This document shows positions 61,953-64,000 of a stretch of 64,000 nucleotides of DNA, one piece after another. The notes under the pieces are model-generated. The model saw nothing but the letters and a program-made list of their open reading frames with translations. It was not told where the DNA came from and ran no database searches. The translations under genes and the position numbers were made by a program. The stretch is taken from contig CAJXOJ010000004.1 of the NCBI GenBank assembly GCA_913057515.1, forward strand, positions 35,773-99,772. The letters run 5' to 3'. Source of the stretch: an uncultured Cycloclasticus sp. (GTDB lineage Bacteria; Pseudomonadota; Gammaproteobacteria; Methylococcales; Cycloclasticaceae). The stretch's first letter is position 1, and the number at the start of each line of letters is the position of its first letter.

Positions 61953-62672
61953 TCAGGCAACTGTAATAAGGTTTCTCAAGCCATCGAGATCGTTGATTTT
62001 AATCCGGCGGTTGTTTTGTAAGCTAATGAGTTTATTGCGTTCGAGTTTGCGGATGCCTCTACTGACCGTTTCCGGTGATAAGTTGAGCAGGCTGCCGATT
62101 TCACTACGAGATAAGAAAAGATTAAATTCGGTATAGAAATAACCTCGAAGGCGGTAGCGATCTGATAAGTCTAACAATAAAGAAATGATGCGTCTTTCAG
62201 CGCTAGCTTTGCTAACAGCATTAGTATTATTGTTTTGGTTTATGGATTTACTCGCATGCTTTAATAACTGCTTAAAAATATGAGGTATATTTTTATGTAA
62301 ACTGTCGAGGTCAATTTCGCAAACATTACTGGTTTCTAGTGCATGGATCGAACATTGGTATTTATCGCTGGCGACGCCATCAAAACCAATAATTTCTCCA
62401 GGCAGGTAAACACCCATAATGTCGTCTTCACCGTCGTTATTTTTCGAGATAATTTTGACGGAACCAGACTTTAGCGCATACAGTGATTTGAAAGGAGTGC
62501 CTTGATCGTAAAGACTTTCACCAGTGTGTAACAGTTTGATGTGGCTGACAGAACTGTCAAGTCTCTCAACGTCTTGTTGGTCAAGGCCGTGAGGAATACA
62601 TAGATCACCTAAACTACAATCACTACATGAAACGGTGAGATCACGAAATAAGTTTTTAGCCAATGAGCTCAT
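61953..62672 (-). CDS. fnr: FNR/Anr-family oxygen-sensing transcription factor
   Basis: N-terminal CSDCSLGDLC plus central Cys (NVCEI), PGEIIGFD, HTH ETVSR. Confidence 0.88.
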   Translation of the reverse strand: MSSLAKNLFRDLTVSCSDCSLGDLCIPHGLDQQDVERLDSSVSHIKLLHTGESLYDQGTPFKSLYALKSGSVKIISKNNDGEDDIMGVYLPGEIIGFDGVASDKYQCSIHALETSNVCEIDLDSLHKNIPHIFKQLLKHASKSINQNNNTNAVSKASAERRIISLLLDLSDRYRLRGYFYTEFNLFLSRSEIGSLLNLSPETVSRGIRKLERNKLISLQNNRRIKINDLDGLRNLITVA

Positions 62673-62744
62673 ACGGTTTAATATACCAAATCTTAAAGTG
62701 GGTTTATATTAACTCATTTATACGTTAAAACCACTCTTTAGCTT

Positions 62745-64000
62745 ATGACAATTAGCATTAAATTAGAAAATGATACGGTCTGTTTTCACTGTGGCCTGCC
62801 TGTGCCAAAGAGTGAGACTTGGGGGATTGATTTTGAGGGGCATCGGAGGCCGATGTGCTGCCCGGGGTGTGAGGCAGTTGCTCAAGCTATTATAGATAGT
62901 GGCTTGGCCAGCTTTTATCAAAAGCGAACAGCTTACTCGGTAACCGCAGATTCACTTGAAGAGGTACTTGAGCCCTGTGTGACAGAACTATCAGAAGAGG
63001 CATTTGAAGACGACGAGTTGCAAGAAACCTCACTCATTATTGAAGGCATTACTTGTTCTGCTTGTATTTGGTTGCTTGAACGGCAAGTGAAACAGTTAGA
63101 TGGCGTTGTGTCTTTTAGCGTCAACTATGCAACCAGACGTGCTCGGCTCAAAACGGTTAAGCAGACGATTCATGTTGCTGATGTCTTAGAAGCGATTAGA
63201 GCAGTCGGCTATCATGCGACGCCGTTTGATACCAGCAAGCAGTTTTCAAATTTACAAAAAGAGCGTAAGGATTTTCTAAGCAGAATAGGGGTGGCCTTGT
63301 TTTGTGGAATGCAAGTAATGATGATTACATTGGGCCTATACATCGCCGGCCCAAATGAAGTAGAAGCAGAGCTGTTGCAGTTTTTAAAATGGGTGAGTGC
63401 GTTATTAACGCTGCCGGTGGTTTTGTTTTCAGGCTTGCCTTTTTTACAAGCGGCTTACCGAGATATTAAAAATAAAATGCCCGGTATGGATGTGCCTGTT
63501 GCATTAGGTATTGGCTTAGGTTTTGTAGCTAGCCTTATTAATACCTATATTGGGCGCGGAGACACCTATTACGAGTCAGTCTGTATGTTCGTTTTATTTT
63601 TGATGCTGGCACGTTATGTGGAATTTCTGACTCGCTGGTATGCGATCAGTTCAAGTGAGCGAATGATGCAAGCGGTGCCGATGGTTGCTAAACGTGTTGC
63701 TGATGACGGTCGCTTGGAGACGGTTTCGGCAAAATCGCTACAGCTAGGGGATGAAGTGCAAATCAATCCTGGTGAAGTGATTCCGGCAGATGCGATTGTT
63801 TTGAAAGGGCGCTCAGAGGTTGATGAGTCAATATTGACGGGCGAAAATGAGCCGATTAATAAAACCTCGGGAGATGGTTTATTAGGGGGAAGTCATAATC
63901 TGAGTAACACGTTAACAGCGACAGTCAGCTGTGTGGGTAAACACAGCACGCTATCGACCATTGCACGTTTGATTGATCAAGCTCAGGCAGAAAAACCAGC
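62745..64000 (+). CDS. ccoI: Copper-translocating P1B-type ATPase FixI/CcoI, 3'-truncated by window edge
   Basis: Manual translation: CFHCGLP, MCCPGC, HMA GITCSAC, GMDVPV, actuator IPAD...DESILTGE; no stop in window, so absent from the ORF track. Confidence 0.9.
   Translation, partial: MTISIKLENDTVCFHCGLPVPKSETWGIDFEGHRRPMCCPGCEAVAQAIIDSGLASFYQKRTAYSVTADSLEEVLEPCVTELSEEAFEDDELQETSLIIEGITCSACIWLLERQVKQLDGVVSFSVNYATRRARLKTVKQTIHVADVLEAIRAVGYHATPFDTSKQFSNLQKERKDFLSRIGVALFCGMQVMMITLGLYIAGPNEVEAELLQFLKWVSALLTLPVVLFSGLPFLQAAYRDIKNKMPGMDVPVALGIGLGFVASLINTYIGRGDTYYESVCMFVLFLMLARYVEFLTRWYAISSSERMMQAVPMVAKRVADDGRLETVSAKSLQLGDEVQINPGEVIPADAIVLKGRSEVDESILTGENEPINKTSGDGLLGGSHNLSNTLTATVSCVGKHSTLSTIARLIDQAQAEKP

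Noticed and set aside
62933-63124. 63-aa minus-strand ORF
   Set aside because: Antisense to the ccoI frame that runs from 62745 to the window end
1-64000. CRISPR arrays, IS elements, prophage, defence islands, inteins
   Set aside because: No regularly spaced repeats and no transposase, integrase or phage genes seen; DnaB has normal length

Overview
Gene-dense, mostly core-genome segment of a moderately AT-rich gammaproteobacterium. Gene content (FadL/FadD, Na+-pumping oxaloacetate decarboxylase, FleQ/FleS/FleR, cbb3 oxidase, ScpA/ScpB) suggests a marine Thiotrichales/Methylococcales-like organism such as Cycloclasticus; this assignment is inference only. Gene order: aroA(partial)-cmk-rpsA-ihfB-lapA-lapB-comEA; fadD/fadL divergent from an enoyl-CoA hydratase and an orphan TviB-type dehydrogenase; rnr-rlmB; rpsF-rpsR-membrane protein-rplI-dnaB-alr-radA; PilZ/FHA/CNNM; fleQ-fleSR-fliEFGHIJ; oadGAB; dusA, folE, two small unknown genes and yafJ; HDOD divergent from REC-GGDEF-EAL; mrcB-lpoP-unknown PD-(D/E)XK-like gene-yoaA-tsaB-yciO-M50 peptidase-trpS-ppnP-pyk-scpA-scpB-rluB; a diguanylate cyclase; ccoNOQP-orf-ccoGH, fnr and ccoI (partial). 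I saw no tRNA, rRNA, CRISPR array, integrase, transposase or prophage gene. Best leads: (i) a FleQ-box + IHF + sigma54 promoter in front of a distant diguanylate cyclase, matching the fleSR promoter; (ii) an uncharacterised PD-(D/E)XK-like gene immediately upstream of the YoaA/DinG helicase; (iii) a structured 460-bp region upstream of dusA with two coupled mini-ORFs; (iv) several small unknown membrane or lipoprotein genes. All product calls come from motif recognition and synteny; no database search was run.
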